Source: Camelus ferus (lineage: Eukaryota). Taken from it: 64,000 nt of DNA. Positions 25,801 to 39,183 of the stretch are shown here, one piece after another; position 1 is the first letter of the stretch, and every line of letters begins with the position of its first letter. The DNA is taken from NCBI RefSeq assembly GCF_009834535.1, contig NC_045697.1:4404001-4468000 (forward strand), read 5' to 3'. The notes below the pieces were generated by a model. The model had not been told where the DNA came from, made no database searches, and saw only the letters and a list, made by a program, of their open reading frames with translations. The translations under genes and the position numbers were made by a program.

Positions 25801-26599
25801 TTTTAAAAACTTGCCCTAAAAGCAAAATTCCTCACTGGAAGAGACTCCTCTGGTTTGAGAAATGATTCTGTTTTCCTCCTCTGAGTGATGTTTCTTCTGA
25901 GGATTTTCCTTCTAAGCCAAGCCCAGGAATTGAGGTCCAGCCCCAGGCATCAGGGGACTATTCCATAAAATCTTAGAAGATCAGGTTGGAAGGAATCTTA
26001 GTGACCCCCTGGACCCCTGCTTGGGATATAAATCGCCTGTCGAAGTCCTGAGTTGAACCAAGTAGTTTTTCATTATCCCTCTGTACATGTGTCCATCCAT
26101 CCATCCATCCATCTACTCTCCCACCCCTTTCACTGGACCAGTGGTTACCCCATGTGGCGCCATGTGCTGAGGGATAGGGAAACTGAGACGGCTTAGACCC
26201 AGTCCCTGCCCTCAAGAAGCTCACAGTCTGGTGTGCAAAATTTAGGGTTCACCAAGACAACACAGTGCCGGGATAGAAGGAAGCCCTGAGGGTTGTGGGA
26301 GCCCACAGAGGGCTGGGGGTTGGGGAAGTCACCCCACCGCCACCCCACTTCCTCGTCCTTCTTTCCCTCCCCTGCCCTTGGTGGGGATCTTCCACCTTCT
26401 AAGAATCCTCTTTCTTCATACAGCCTCCTTCCCCTGCCCCTAAATGGAAATACTTTCTCAACTTACCCTGTTCGTTAGGGCTGTGATGTCAGCGAGTGTC
26501 CTGATGTGAGGTTTTCCCCTGGGGAAATGGGGCCACCCTATTTGTGACTGGCTTTACACACACACACACGCACACACACACACGCACACTCACCGGTAT

Positions 26600-27480
26600 A
26601 ACAGAACTCTTACTACAGCCTCCGTGGCTTGGACGTACCATGGTTTATTGAATGAGTCCCTTATCGTTCCCATCTTTCTGGATTATCCATCCCCTTGTCT
26701 GGTTGTTCCCTTAGGAAAGATTCTAGAAGTGAAGCTACTGAGTGAAAGCAATTCATATTGAAATTTTTCACAGAAATTGCCAAATGGCCTCTAGAAAAGT
26801 TATGCCAGTTTATACCCACCAAGAGTGACTGAGAATAGCAATTTCACAGAACCTTGCCAACGATGGATATTGCAGATCTTCGCCAGTGTGATAAGTAAGA
26901 ATGCTCATCCCCAATCCATTCCTTTGATTACAGGGAGGCTGAGCATCTTGTCTGTGTACTGGCTATGTGCTTTTCTTCTTTGGAGGATTACTTCTTCATT
27001 ATTTATACTAACTTTTCTACTGGTGTGCTGCCTAAAACAATTTTGATCTGTAAAACCCCTTAACTTGATGAGGATATTAACCTGTGTCCCTGGTGTGTTA
27101 CAGATATTTTCCCCAGTGGTGGTCTGTTGTTTTCGCTTTGTGACGCTTTTCCCTGCCAGAGGTTTAGCCCTGGTGCCTTCTGTGGACGCTCAGACTTTTT
27201 GCCTCCTTTAGTATTTCTTTTTTAGGAGATTTCTTTGGTGTTTTTTTGTTTGTTTCATTTCGATTTGTAATCCACCTGAAAGTTGTTTTATGGTGAGGCT
27301 CGAGGTAGATACCTGGTTTTATTCGTTCCCTAATAGCTAGTCCTCTATCCCAGTACAATGGTAGTGGACGAGAGTGGATGAGCTGTTCTCTCTCCCCGTT
27401 TATGTGAGTTAAATTCCTGTGCCCACACTTGGATCTCCTTTGGGACTTCCTCCTCCATCTCACTGATCTGCTGAGCAGCC
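26600..27480 (-). mobile_element. Highly diverged antisense L1 (L1ME-like) remnant
   Basis: Patchy antisense L1 ORF2/3' motifs (ttgccaaatggcctctagaaaagttatgccagtttatac; gatattaacc). Confidence 0.55.
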
Positions 27481-29863
27481 CGTTTTATCCCTGAAGAGAG
27501 AGACACAAACTCCCAGCTTGACGTTTCCGAAGCAGATTTTCTTTCCTGAACTAACCAGATGGACTTGCCATCTAACTACTTTCTGGAGGCGCCCCAGAGA
27601 CCCTTCCACTCCAGCCCCTCTGGAGTGTTCTCATCCGTTTTTTCTGCTTAATCATATTTCACCCGTTGCTCCCAAACTAAACCTTCATTGAACCTACAGA
27701 CATTTGCTTGCTGCCTCCCCCGGCCAGGCCCGGTGTCGGGACAGCCAGATGAGTTCGGCAGGGGGTTTAAAAGCCACGGTTCCCGGTGCTTTTGTTCACT
27801 CACCACGAAGCTTCATGGACCTGTGTTCATTTGCAGCCTCTTGGAGATTCCTGCCCGGAAGCCGGTGGGCGGGCAGACGCCACCACCCCAGGGCCATCCC
27901 TCTGCTGGACGGTTCCTGGCCTGCAAGTACTTGGTGTTTGAGGTCGTGGGGAGCTGGAACGTGTGTGGGGGAAGGCCAGGGTGTCTGAGCACTCACTCTG
28001 TGCTGGGCATTATCTGTCCGCAGGCCTGACAGCATCCCTGTGAAGTAGCCAGTTCTTAACATCCTCACTTTCCAGGCTGAGGGATGGAGACAGTGGGAGC
28101 AGAATAACCTGGCCAGGGTCTCTCACAGGGGAAGGGGCGGAGCCAGCCTCCCGCTGGGGCCCTGCCTCATAGCATTGTTCTCTGTTACCGTAGCCCTGGA
28201 CATGTGGCCCAGATGACTCTTTGGAAGTCGTAGAAGCTGAGTTAGCACTTTTTCTTTCCGGGGAATAAAATGCTCCACAGGACAGCTGAGCCAGCCTAGC
28301 GCCGTGGATATAAATGGACGCATCACGGGAAGGGCTGCCCTCACGCAGGCGCACGACGGGAGGCTCCGTGCCTGGTGCTCTCCAGAGGGGCGGACCCCAC
28401 AGCACAGGGAAAGTGAAAACACAGACAGTTAGCTCCAATTTACACACGAGGAGGTGGAGGCTCGGAGAGGTTAGGTGACGTGTCCACGACAGGACAGGGG
28501 GATGGTGGCTGAGCTGGATTTCTGGCCCGAGTTCCTGGCTCTTAGCTGCTGTGATGGTTCATGCTTCTGGCTCATGAATAGGTCAGGACAGTGGTGGATT
28601 TTAGTCCAAAAAACAGGGCAAGTCTTAACAATGGAATGTAGGTGCTGAAGTTTTATCTGAAAGTTAGAGAGTTTCTGCACATTTGTGGCTTCCTAAATGT
28701 CACAAATTACCTTGTATAGAAATTGGTATTCAGAGAATTTTCAAATGAATCTCACTTGGTTCTCAGGACAGTCCTGTGCAGTGGGCCAGATTCCCATCCC
28801 CAATCCCCTTCTGCAGATGAGAGTGACCTGCCTAGGGCATCTGACTCCCTTCCACCCGTGGACCAATTACAGGAACTGCAGGGCTGTAGAGAATTGGCTA
28901 AAGGGTGCTGGTTCTCTGAGCTGACAAGTGACAAGAGGACCACCAGCTGTCATGGACAGACCATGTGCCAGGCCGAACATCCGGGCGTGGTGGGGCTGGG
29001 ATGAACCCGAGTCTGGAACAGAACCACCCTCTGGCACATCCTGCAGCCTCCAGTGATGTAGAGAAATCCTCCAGCCGATGCTGTCGGAAGTTTCCTAGGT
29101 GAAGACAGATGAAAGCCTGTCATTTGCATCAGATCTTCAGTTTGCATCTCAGCAGCAAAGGGTGGGATGACCAGGGCGACTGGGGGCTGCAGCTGAAAGT
29201 GGAGAACAGATGGCATTGGATTAATTTTTGCAAAGTATAAGAAAGGGAATGCACAGCGATCTGTTAGCTGCCTTGGCATCTAACTTTAATTTTTTTAAAG
29301 TCAGAATTACGTACTTAGTTCCCATATTTTAATAAATCTAAGATGACACCAGTGGGGAGACGCATCATTATTTTTGTGCCACAAGGAAAGGGAAGAAACA
29401 GTGCTGCCAGCGAAGCCACAGCAGGGCTGGGCTGTGAGACACATTCTGATTCAGAAATGTAAAAAAGTTAAAAAACGTGCACCTCCAATTCAGTGCAATA
29501 CGAGAGTGTTCACATGTTCACATGCTGGTGGGCCATGTCTGAGGGCTGGCTTCGTGTTGGGTGCAATGCCGTGAAAAGATGTTCACAGTCCCTGCTCCTT
29601 ACAGGCACACAGAATGGTCAGATATTTAAACATGCTAATGCATCGTTTCAGAATTATTTGTTGGTTGATGAGTTCACTCAGCCACCAAATCTTTCTGGAG
29701 CACCAGCTTTGTGCCAGGCACTGTTCTAGGCACCAAGGACCCGCAGTGGACAAAACTACCCTCGGAGCTGACTCTGTGGCAGTAGTCATCCCTGCAGTAA
29801 TTCTCAAACATTACTGTGCAGGAAACACTACCCTCAAAGATTCTGACTGCCAGGACTGCCTTT

Positions 29864-32274
29864 TCTTTTCTTTTCTTTCTTTCTTTCTTTTTTTCTTTTT
29901 TCTTTTTTTTGCAGCCCTTCATTCCCCCTTTTTTTTCCCTCCAAAAACCAGAATTTTATAACTGGCATAAACATTTCCATTGCATTAAAACCAACAAAAT
30001 ACCTAGAAATAAACCTAACCGAAGAGGTTACCTATACTCTGGAAACCGTAAAACACTGATGAAGGAAACTGAAGATGACACAAAGAAATGGAAAGACAGC
30101 TTGTGCTCTTGGATTGGAAGAATCAACATTATCAAAATGGCCATACTACCCAAAGCAACCTACAGATCCAATGTAACCTCTGTCAGAATACCCATGACAT
30201 CCTTCATAGATCTAGAACAAACAATTCCAAAATTTATATGGAACCATGAAAGACCCCAAATTGCCAAAGCAATCTTTCGTAGGTCTTTTTTTCCCTCTTT
30301 CTTCTTTTTGTTCTCTTTTCTTATGGTTTGATGACTAGAGAAGTTCCTTTAACGTTTGTTGTAAAGCTGGTTTGGTGGTGCTGATTTCTTTTAGCTTTTG
30401 TTTATCTGTGAAGCTTTTGATTCCTCCATCAAATCTGAATGAGAGCCTTGCTGGATAGAGTATTCTTGGTTGTAAGTTTTTCCCTTTCATTGCTTTAAAT
30501 ATATTATGCCACTCCCTTCTGGCCTGTAGAGTTTCTGCTGAAAAAAATCAGCTGATAACCTTATGGGAATTCCTTTGTATGTTACTTGTTGCTTTTCTCT
30601 TGCTAATTTTAATATTTTCTCCTTATCCTTATTTTTTGTCAATTTGATTACTATGTGCCTTGGTTTGTTCCTCTTTGGGTTGATCCTGTATGGTACTCTC
30701 TGCACTTCCTGGACTTGGGTGACTGTTTCTTAAGTTAGGGAAGTTTTCGATTATTATCTCTTCAGAAATTTACTCAGGTCCCTTCTCTCTCTCTTCTCTT
30801 TCTGGGACCCCTATAGTGTGAATATTAGTGCACTTCATGTTGTCCCAGAGCTCTCTTAAACTATCTTCATTCTTTTTTCTTTTTTCTGTTCTACAGTAGT
30901 GATTTCCACTACTCTGCCTTCTAGCTCACTGATCCATTTTTCTGCCTCATTTAGTCTAATCTTGGTTCCTTCTAGTGTGTTATTCATTTCAGCGATTTTA
31001 TTCTTCAACTCTGGATATTCTTTATATTTTCCAACTTTTTGCTAAAAACTTCACTCTGTGCATCTATACTCCTCTTGAATTCTCTGAACACCTTCTCCAT
31101 CATTACTTTAAATTCTTGGATAAATTGCCTATCTCCTCATCACTTATTTCTTCTTCTGGGATTTTATCTTGTGCCTTGGCCTGGGAGATATTCCTCTGCC
31201 ACCTCATATTGTCTGTCTTTGTATTTTTAGGTAGGTTAGTTACATTTCTCAACCTTGGAAAGGTAACCCTCTGTGGGAGATGTCCTGTGTGTCCCAGCAG
31301 TACACTCCTCTGTTGTCACCCAAGGGCCAGGATCCAGCCGGTTCCAGTGTAGAGTCTGGCCTGTGTTTGTGGATTCCTTCCACATTCTTTGGGATTAATG
31401 TTTTCTTATTTCTAGTATCTGTTCCCCAGTGGATGAGGCTGGACTAGAGGCTTATGCAGGTTTCCTGGCAGGAGGAGCCGGTGCCTGCCCACTACTGGAT
31501 GAAGCTTGGTCCTAGACCTCTGGTGGGTAAGACCTTGTCTAGAGGAGTCGGTGACTCAGGAAGTCTGCTGATAGGTGGGGCTGTGTTCCCACCCACTATG
31601 TTGTTTGGCCTGAGGCTTCCCAGCTCTTAAGCCTGCGGGCTGTTGGGTGGGGCCAAGTCTCGGTGCTAATGATCCAATCAAGATGTCATTCTCCAGGAAA
31701 GCTCATGTAGATGAACACTCCCAGAATGTCCCCCACCAGCTTTTATGTCCCTGGATGAGCTGCAGCCGTCCCCTACCTCTCCAGGAGACCCTCAAAAACC
31801 AGCAGGCAGATCTGGCCCAGGTTCCTATGAAATCACTGCCTCTGCCTTTGGACATGGTGCACGTGAGATTCTGTGTACGCTTCCCAAGAGAATGAAGTCT
31901 CTGTTTCCACCTGTCCCGTGGGGCTCCTGGAGTTAAGCCCCACTGGCCTTCAAAACCAAATGTCCTAGGATCTCTTCCTCCTCCCAGAGCCAGAACCCCG
32001 GGCTGTAGAGCCTGACGTGGGGCTTAGAACTCTCTCTCCTGTGCAAGGGCCTCTGCAACTTAATTATTCTTCAGCTTGTGGGTCACCCACCGAGAGGAGT
32101 ATGGGGCCCAGTTATATCGTGAGCACGCCCCTCCTACCGTCCTGCTGTGGTTTCCTCTTTATGTTTCCAGTTGAAGAAGATCTTTTTGGCTAGGTTTCAG
32201 TCTTTTTTTCTGATGGTTGTTTAGCAGTCAGTTGTGGTTTTGTTGTAGTCGAGAGGAAAGGTGAGCTTGTCGTC
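29864..32274 (-). mobile_element. ORF1-only (HAL1-like) L1 derivative: 5'UTR, disrupted ORF1 (31207 to 30335), inverted ORF2 fragment (~29970-30275), poly(A)
   Basis: The minus strand shows ORF1 start MRWQRNISQAKAQDKIPEEE, middle QRVPYRINPKRNKPRHIVIKL..IRLSADF and end PALQQTLKELL*. The plus strand shows an ORF2 piece KKWKDSLCSWIGRINIIKMAILPKA..PKFIWNHERPQIAKAI. A T-tract lies at 29861-29940. Degenerate TSD: ccaggactgccttt (29850-29863) and ccagacactgccttt (32275-32289). Confidence 0.8.
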
Positions 32275-34109
32275 CCAGACACTGCCTTTCATGAGGTCTG
32301 GGTGGGACTCAGGAATCTGCATTTTCACACTCACCCTGGAAGATCTGGGGCAGGAAATGTGAGAAAGAGAACTTCAGTGTTAACAGCTTCATAGCATCCC
32401 ATTGTACAAATGCTTCATAGCATCCCCTTGTAAATAACACATCCTTGAATATCCCTGCAGCGAAATACTTGAGTCTCATGTGCCTTCTTGAGGGCAAGTC
32501 GGGCAGTGGTACTTGGGCTGACTTTTTAAAGTGTGATTCTGCTGTAGTTTTCCCAGCCACTGTTTGCAGCCCTGGTTGGCTGCCTGGGTTCCTTTCCCAC
32601 TTGTTAGGGCTCTTGTAAGGATTAAATGTGTGCGCTTTGAGCAGGGCTGATAAGCAGTAAGGCTGTGTTATGTGCATCTAGCTGTGGTGGTGGTGGTTGC
32701 GATACTGCATTACCAGTGTTGGGGAGGTCCTGTTTTCTCTGCATGGTGCCTGGGCGTGGCAGTGACTCTGGATGGAAGCTCTGGATAAAGCAGCCAAGCA
32801 TATACGATTTGATGCTGGAGACTCACTTTGTTGTCCCAGATCCAATTTCAACCCATCTCCCCCTTTGTCAGTATTTTCCACCACAGTTATCTGGGTGTGA
32901 CTCTAGGCTCACATCCCCTCCCTGGCTTCCCGCACTGCCTGAGGATGAACTGTAAATTCCTTACACCCTGGACAAGGCAGGAAGGCCCTTGAGAACTTGG
33001 CCCCAGCCCCATCAAATACCCTAACCCTGCCCTGCCCCGTGAGCTCTGTGCTGCTCTGTGGAGAGGAGACCTCCTGTGGGAGATAATGGTTGAACTGGGC
33101 CATCATCCCTTGGCCCTTGCGGTATATATTGGAGTTTTCCAGGTGGAGAAGAAAGGAAGGCCTACCTGACTGATGAACTGGTGCACGCACAGGTGTAGCT
33201 GTATGTTTGGGGTGGTATTAGTAGATCATTATGGCCCAGTGTGAGGTGTTGGGATGGGGCTGGATAATCAGTAAGCTGAAAAGGTGGTGGCTGTGGGCTG
33301 GGTTGGAAGGGGCTCCTCTTGCCAGTCTGCAGAGGCAGGCTGTGCTTCCTGCCCGCGGTGGGCCGAGCACTGCAGGGCTCTTGAAAGTCATGCTAAGTCT
33401 CCCCGTGTGCCTTTTCAGTTGCGCCTTTTTTTCTAGGCTGCGACCCACCTCCCCAGTCGTTTTCTATTTCTTTCTTTCGTTTTTTTAAGGCCTGTAAATG
33501 TCTGACAAACTCCTTGCCTAGTTGCTAAGGGCGCAGAAGGCATCCCTCCAGTTATTTAGCTCATCTCAGAAAACGGGACTTGGAAGGCAACCAGTCTCTC
33601 TTTGGGCTCTTTGTGGTAAATCCCTTCTGGGAATGCAGATGAGACATCTTGCAGGGCTTTTCTGGCAAAAGGGTTTGATGTGAAAGCAACTGAGTTATTA
33701 AAATAACTTAGTGGGCTAAAAAAAAAAAACAATGCAGGCAGAGAACTGAAGAATTCGGAGCGGTTCTCCCAAACCTAGCCTCTGCACTTCCACCCGTTTG
33801 CTTCGCTGCTGTGTCCACTTGGTTTCCCGCTTCGCTCTGCGCCTGTGCCCCTGCCTCCGAGTGGCTGTGTCTCCGAAGCAGCATTTATCAGCTCCAAGGA
33901 ACAGAAGGTGGCTACCTCCCGCCAAGGGTGGTGGCACTCAGCATGTCAGAGAGGGAGAGGAGATGGGCCTCAGTTATCACTCCTGCTTAACAGCTAGTAT
34001 TTAGTGAGCACCTGCTGTATACAGGGCACCGGGCTAGACTCTGTGACAAGTTAGATGTGGAATCCAGACTTGCAGAGCTGAAGGGGTCTCGGGAGGGGGT
34101 GGTCACACC

Positions 34110-34445
34110 CTTGGGTGTCTCTCTGTGGGGAATGCACAGCTCTGGGGGAGTGCCGGAAGATTTTAGGCTGCCCTTGGCTGCTTTATTTTAATAGTATTTA
34201 TTTTACTGTGTATTAGAGGAAATACAAGTAGCTCTTAAGCTTGCGATTTTGTGGATATTGTTGCTTAGAATCAGGCTGAAGCAGTATGTTTTTAAGTCAG
34301 TCATTGTAAAGAAAAATATTAAGGAAATAAAAAAAAGCTTAACACTGTGTTAAGTGTTCAAGTTGCAAAAGGGTGTGGGGGAACTTTGTGGGGTTCTCCC
34401 CAAAGTTCTCCATCTCGATTGCTAAAACCCTTTGAGCTGCTGTCC
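34110..34445. mobile_element. Old hAT-Charlie-type DNA transposon remnant
   Basis: tttattttaatagtatttattttactgtgtattag..gcgattttgtggatattgttgcttag..aaagaaaaatattaag resembles recalled Charlie-family interiors; subfamily uncertain. Confidence 0.5.
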
Positions 34446-37364
34446 CCTTAAAGCTGATTTTTTAAAAACGAAGTACATGTAGTACGTACTTTATGCAGAA
34501 GTTACAGCAGCTGCAACTGGACGACAGTGGCACCGTCTAGTCCAAATGTTCATTTTTCAAAGGACAAAATTGAGGGCCAGGGAGAGGAGAGACGTGCCCA
34601 CGGTCACAGAGTGAGCTGAGGGGAAGACGGCGGTCAGAGCCCGGGTGGGTGGCCCTCAGCTCAAGAGCTCCCTTTCCCACCGCAGACCCACCCTGTGACC
34701 AAGGCCTGCGTTCACAGGAGGCTGGGGCGCAGCAAGGGCTGGAGCTAGGCTGCAGTGGTGGGGGAACCTGAGTGCAGGCGACGCGGAGCAGGTGTCGGGG
34801 CCAGATGCAGGAAGGCCTGGGTGGGGCTCGATTTGGAGGCTTTGACTGGATTTGCCTGCTCAGTTGTCAAAGAATGTGGGAGTGGTGGATGTACCTGGGT
34901 GTGGCTTGTTACCGAAAATCAGATGGTCCTCCGAGGAGCAGGTAGGTGGTACGGGTTATTAGAGTTGCTAAGGAATGCCCTCTTCTGTGAGGAGAGTCTA
35001 AAGACCTCCCCATGGCAAGAGTGAAGTCTGAGAAGTTTCCAGATCAAAGAACCAGAGTTTAGGTTAATGGAGGGGTTAAAGAGCCACGTAAACCCTCGCC
35101 AGCATCAGAAGTTACGGGTTCTCCATTGGAGGCTGCCTGCATTTTGAGGGCTGACCTAACTCCTGCGATGTCTGGTCTTATCTTTACATTCACAGCGCAC
35201 AGAGCAGCGGTGGTCAGACCAGGCAGCTTCCTCCAGAGCACATGAATGTGAGGCTTGAGTAAGTTAGGACAGTTCCTCAAAGCTGAAGCGGGGTGTCGTG
35301 GCCAGATCTCGAAGATGTTTGGCTTTTTTGTTCCCATTGGTTATGCAGTTTCATTCCAGGTAGAGTCATTGGCTGCTTTCTTCCTACCCACCACTCCTTC
35401 ATTCTCCCTCCCTCCCTCACGTGGCTCACAGTGTGTCTGGCACAGCGCTGAGGACTGTAGTGGCTGCACGGTAATCACAGTTACATCAGCTAATGTCGAG
35501 GGAGCGGCCCAGCACTGTGTTAAGCTTCCACTCACATTATCCCATTTACTCCTCACAGCAACTCTGTGAGTTAGGGACGGTTATCTAACCATCCCGTTTT
35601 CCAGATGTGTGTCCCCTGCGCTCCCTAAAGAACAGCCCGTTTCAGGTATAGAACTGGGCATCTTCTGTCTAGAGATGTGGCTGTCTTGCTAAAATGGAGG
35701 GACGAATCCTGGGTGGTTTCCTCCCGTTGTGGTCTGGGAAGCTGATTTTAAAGACCTGCATTTTCCGAGGTGCTTTTTTTAAAGATTTTGCTTCCTGCCA
35801 GCAGCACCAGGGCCATTTTCTGGGGCCCAGATGGAGTCTGTCGGGTTGCAGGGAGGAAGTCGGGCAGACGCGGATGCAGGTGCTGCCGGCTTCCTGGGCT
35901 ATTCATCAAGATGGAGAGGCCGTTTCAGGGAACGCTGGCCTCCGAAGCCGAAGCCGGGAGCAGACGCGTGTATCTATTCCTGGACGCAGAAACCACTCAG
36001 TTCAGCAAGCTAGGCTGTGTCCCTGCTGTGTCAGGCGCTGGGCAGGGCCCTGGGGACAGAGAATTGGGTGAGCCGCAGATGCTGCCCTTGAAGTTCAGGG
36101 TGCAACAGTCAGGATTTAGGTAGAATGAACCTCGATGGGTGGGTACCACTCCCCAGCCCGTGATCTTGGGCAGGTCACTTAGTTTCTCTGGGTCACAGCT
36201 TGCCCCGCTCTGAAATGGGGGTGGGGTGGGGAGAATGACAGCATCAACGCCACGCCAATGACAATGTCAATGTCAAACTCAGGATCACTGAGCACACAGC
36301 ACGAGCCAGCTCCTGGGAGCTGCTCCTCTCACTCCAGAAGGTTCTGTGCTCTAGGCACCGGGGTAGGGACACTACCTGTCACATTCACCTTTCACCCCAA
36401 GTTTGGCAGGGACTCCACAAACTTTGTGACGTGTTGTTGAAAGGATGAAGGCGATGGTGGCCTTGGGGGATTTGGAGCTTAGGGGAGTGGAGACCTGGGA
36501 CCGCCGGCAGTGGGGAGGGAGGAGGGGCAAGTGGTGTTCCAGGCAAGCAGTGGGAACGGAAGGAGCCGAGGTGCAGAGGATGGGAGGCCGGAGGCCTGGG
36601 CAGGGGGTGAGAAGACGGGGTCTGTGAGGAGAGTTGGGAACGGGCTGGAGAGGTTGGCTGGGGCTGCACTGCAGGTCTTGACTGCCAGCCAGATCCTGTC
36701 CCTGAGGTTCTGAGACGGTCTTTTGAGCCTGAATAAGAGGTGTTTGGCCTCGTCTCCTCCAGCCTGGTGGCAGATGAAGGCCTGCTCTGCGCTGGTGGGG
36801 AGGTGAGAGGTGCAGCCTGGCCTGCTCGCGGGGCTTATGGCCTGATTGGGAGAAAAGTCTCTGCAGATATAATGAGAACTTGATAGAATTTGGCCTTTAT
36901 GAGCAGATTTAATTATTGAAGTTTAAGTTAGGTAGTTTTTTTTCTCCCGTTTCTTTAATCTTTGGAAAAGAGATGAAATTAACATTCCTTCCATTTGAGT
37001 GCATGTGGGACAAACTGTGATTTACAGTTGGATCTGGATTCAGATTCTGGACTCAGTATTTCTTACCTGGGCAGCCTTGGGCCATGTCACTTGATTTCAC
37101 TGAAACTCTCTTTTCCTTCCTGTGAAGTGTGAGGGTCACTCTTCAAACATAAGACTTGAGGGTCCAGTGAGACAGCCTGCGTGGAGCTGGGCCTGGACTA
37201 AGTCCACTCACCGCTGGTCCTTTGCTTTTGGGAAGAAAGGCTGCCAAGATGCCGTGTATTGAGGTAGGGGTGGGGTGGGATTGTAAATTAATTTTGTTTT
37301 CTGAATGCCTCACATTTTTTTCTTGATTAGCATGATTTTACTTTTATAATTAAGAATATGATTT

Positions 37365-37815
37365 ATAATATGCAACAGAATATCACTCAGCCATAAAGAG
37401 AATGAAATGTTGCCATTTACAGCAACATGGGTGGACCTAGAGATTATCATATTAAGTGAAGTAAGTCAGAGAAAGACAAATACATGATATCACTTATATG
37501 TGGAATTTAAAAAATACAAACAAATCTGTATACAAAACAAACATTCACAGACACAGAAAACAGACTTACAGCTACAAAAGGGAAAAGAGATGGTGGGAGG
37601 GATAAATCAGGAGTATGAGGTTAACAGACACAAACTGCTATACAGAAAACTGATCAACAAGGATTTACTGTATAACACAGGGAATAAGACCTTGTAATAG
37701 CCTAGAATGGAAAATAATCTGAAAATATATATATAACTGAATCACTTTGCTGTATACCTAAAACTAAGATGATTTTGTAAATCAACTCTACTTCAATTAA
37801 AAAAAAAGAATAAAA
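37365..37815 (+). mobile_element. L1 3' end, same family as 23410-24263
   Basis: tcactcagccataaagagaatgaaat...tcaactctacttcaattaaaaaaaaag. Confidence 0.88.
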
Positions 37816-39136
37816 TAAACTGGTTAAAAAAAAAGATTATGACTTATAAAGAAGAGCCCAACAAGCAATCTGCTCAGTTGGGTCTTTGCCTCTGCAGACC
37901 CGCCCTGTGCCCACTGGCAGCAGGGATGGGGCTTGTGAGCCCCCTGCCCGTGGTGCGTGGATGCCACGTGCTGCTCCAAAGCCTTGAAACTTCCTGGGCA
38001 GCCAGAGGACAGGAGACACTTAGACCCTGGTGCCTCTGCAAAGCCATTTGCTGACATGCTCACATGCCTTTCCTTGAGTCCTGAAGCTTGGCGTCCTCAT
38101 TTGCTTTGGAAGAAACAAATGCAAAATGGCACCAGTCCTCGGCTCCAGAAAATCTGCTGGGTGTGAGCCAGCACTTGGGACTGTACATAAACCGGCTGCA
38201 TGGAGCAACTCATGAGGAAGTGCACCTGCCCTGCTCCTGGTCTGAACTTGGTGCATCATAGCCGTCGCATCATTGCACTCTAGCTGGTATTCAACTTGGA
38301 ATATGTCTGAGTTCAGGTAGCATTTTACATGTTACCCAACCCACAACAGTTCCAGAAAGCTGTCCTGCGGAAGGAAATCCTGCCTGAGTTTCATTCTCTC
38401 ACTCACTGTTCTCTGAGCATCCACTCAGCACCGGGCACTATAGTAGATCCAGGAGCACAAAGCACTAGACCACAGGTCCTTGCACCTAAGAATGAATATT
38501 CAGGGAAGGTAAGCTCTGGCTGGGTAGGGACTTCTGTCTGTTTTGTGGTTCCAGTGATGAGAACCACATCCTTTAGAGCAGAGGCTCAATAAACATTTGT
38601 TAACTGAATGAATGTTTGGATGGCAACAAGACAGCAGGCAATGCCAGTCCAGCGTGGCCAGGGTGGCCATGTCAGAAGGAAGCACAGGAGCTGTGGGTGC
38701 CCTGAAGCAGAGGATGGACTCTTCTGGAGGAGGAGACTTGTGAGCTGAGGAAAAGATAACGTCCAAACCAAGAGCAGCCCCTCTGGGCAGAGGGAGGCAC
38801 AGAGGCAGAACCCACACCTGGTGGGACCTGAGAGCTGCCAGGGAGCCCCGTGGAGGGGACTGGGCATCCAGAGAGCTGACGATGTGGCTTCCAAGGAAGT
38901 GGAGACAGATGGGTCGAGCTTCATTTGGCCAGTAGGGTCAGTCTGGACCCTGAACCTGGAGGACCACCTGAAGCCATCTAGGCAGAAGAATGACGTCATG
39001 GGAACCTGGAGGGCAGCTGGGGCCACCAGAGCCTGGAGAACAGACTGTCATTCAGAGTCCAGCCTTCCTCAGCTGTCAGTTCACTGGGGCATTGCCCAAA
39101 CATGCTTTCACGTTTCTGTGATTGGCTCGGATGTGT

Positions 39137-39183
39137 TCTCTGTGCGCAACCGGTCAGTGGTCTCTGTGCGCAACCGGTCAGTG
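39137..39183. repeat. Exact tandem duplication of a 23-mer (period 24)
   Basis: tctctgtgcgcaaccggtcagtg at 39137-39159 and 39161-39183. Confidence 0.97.
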
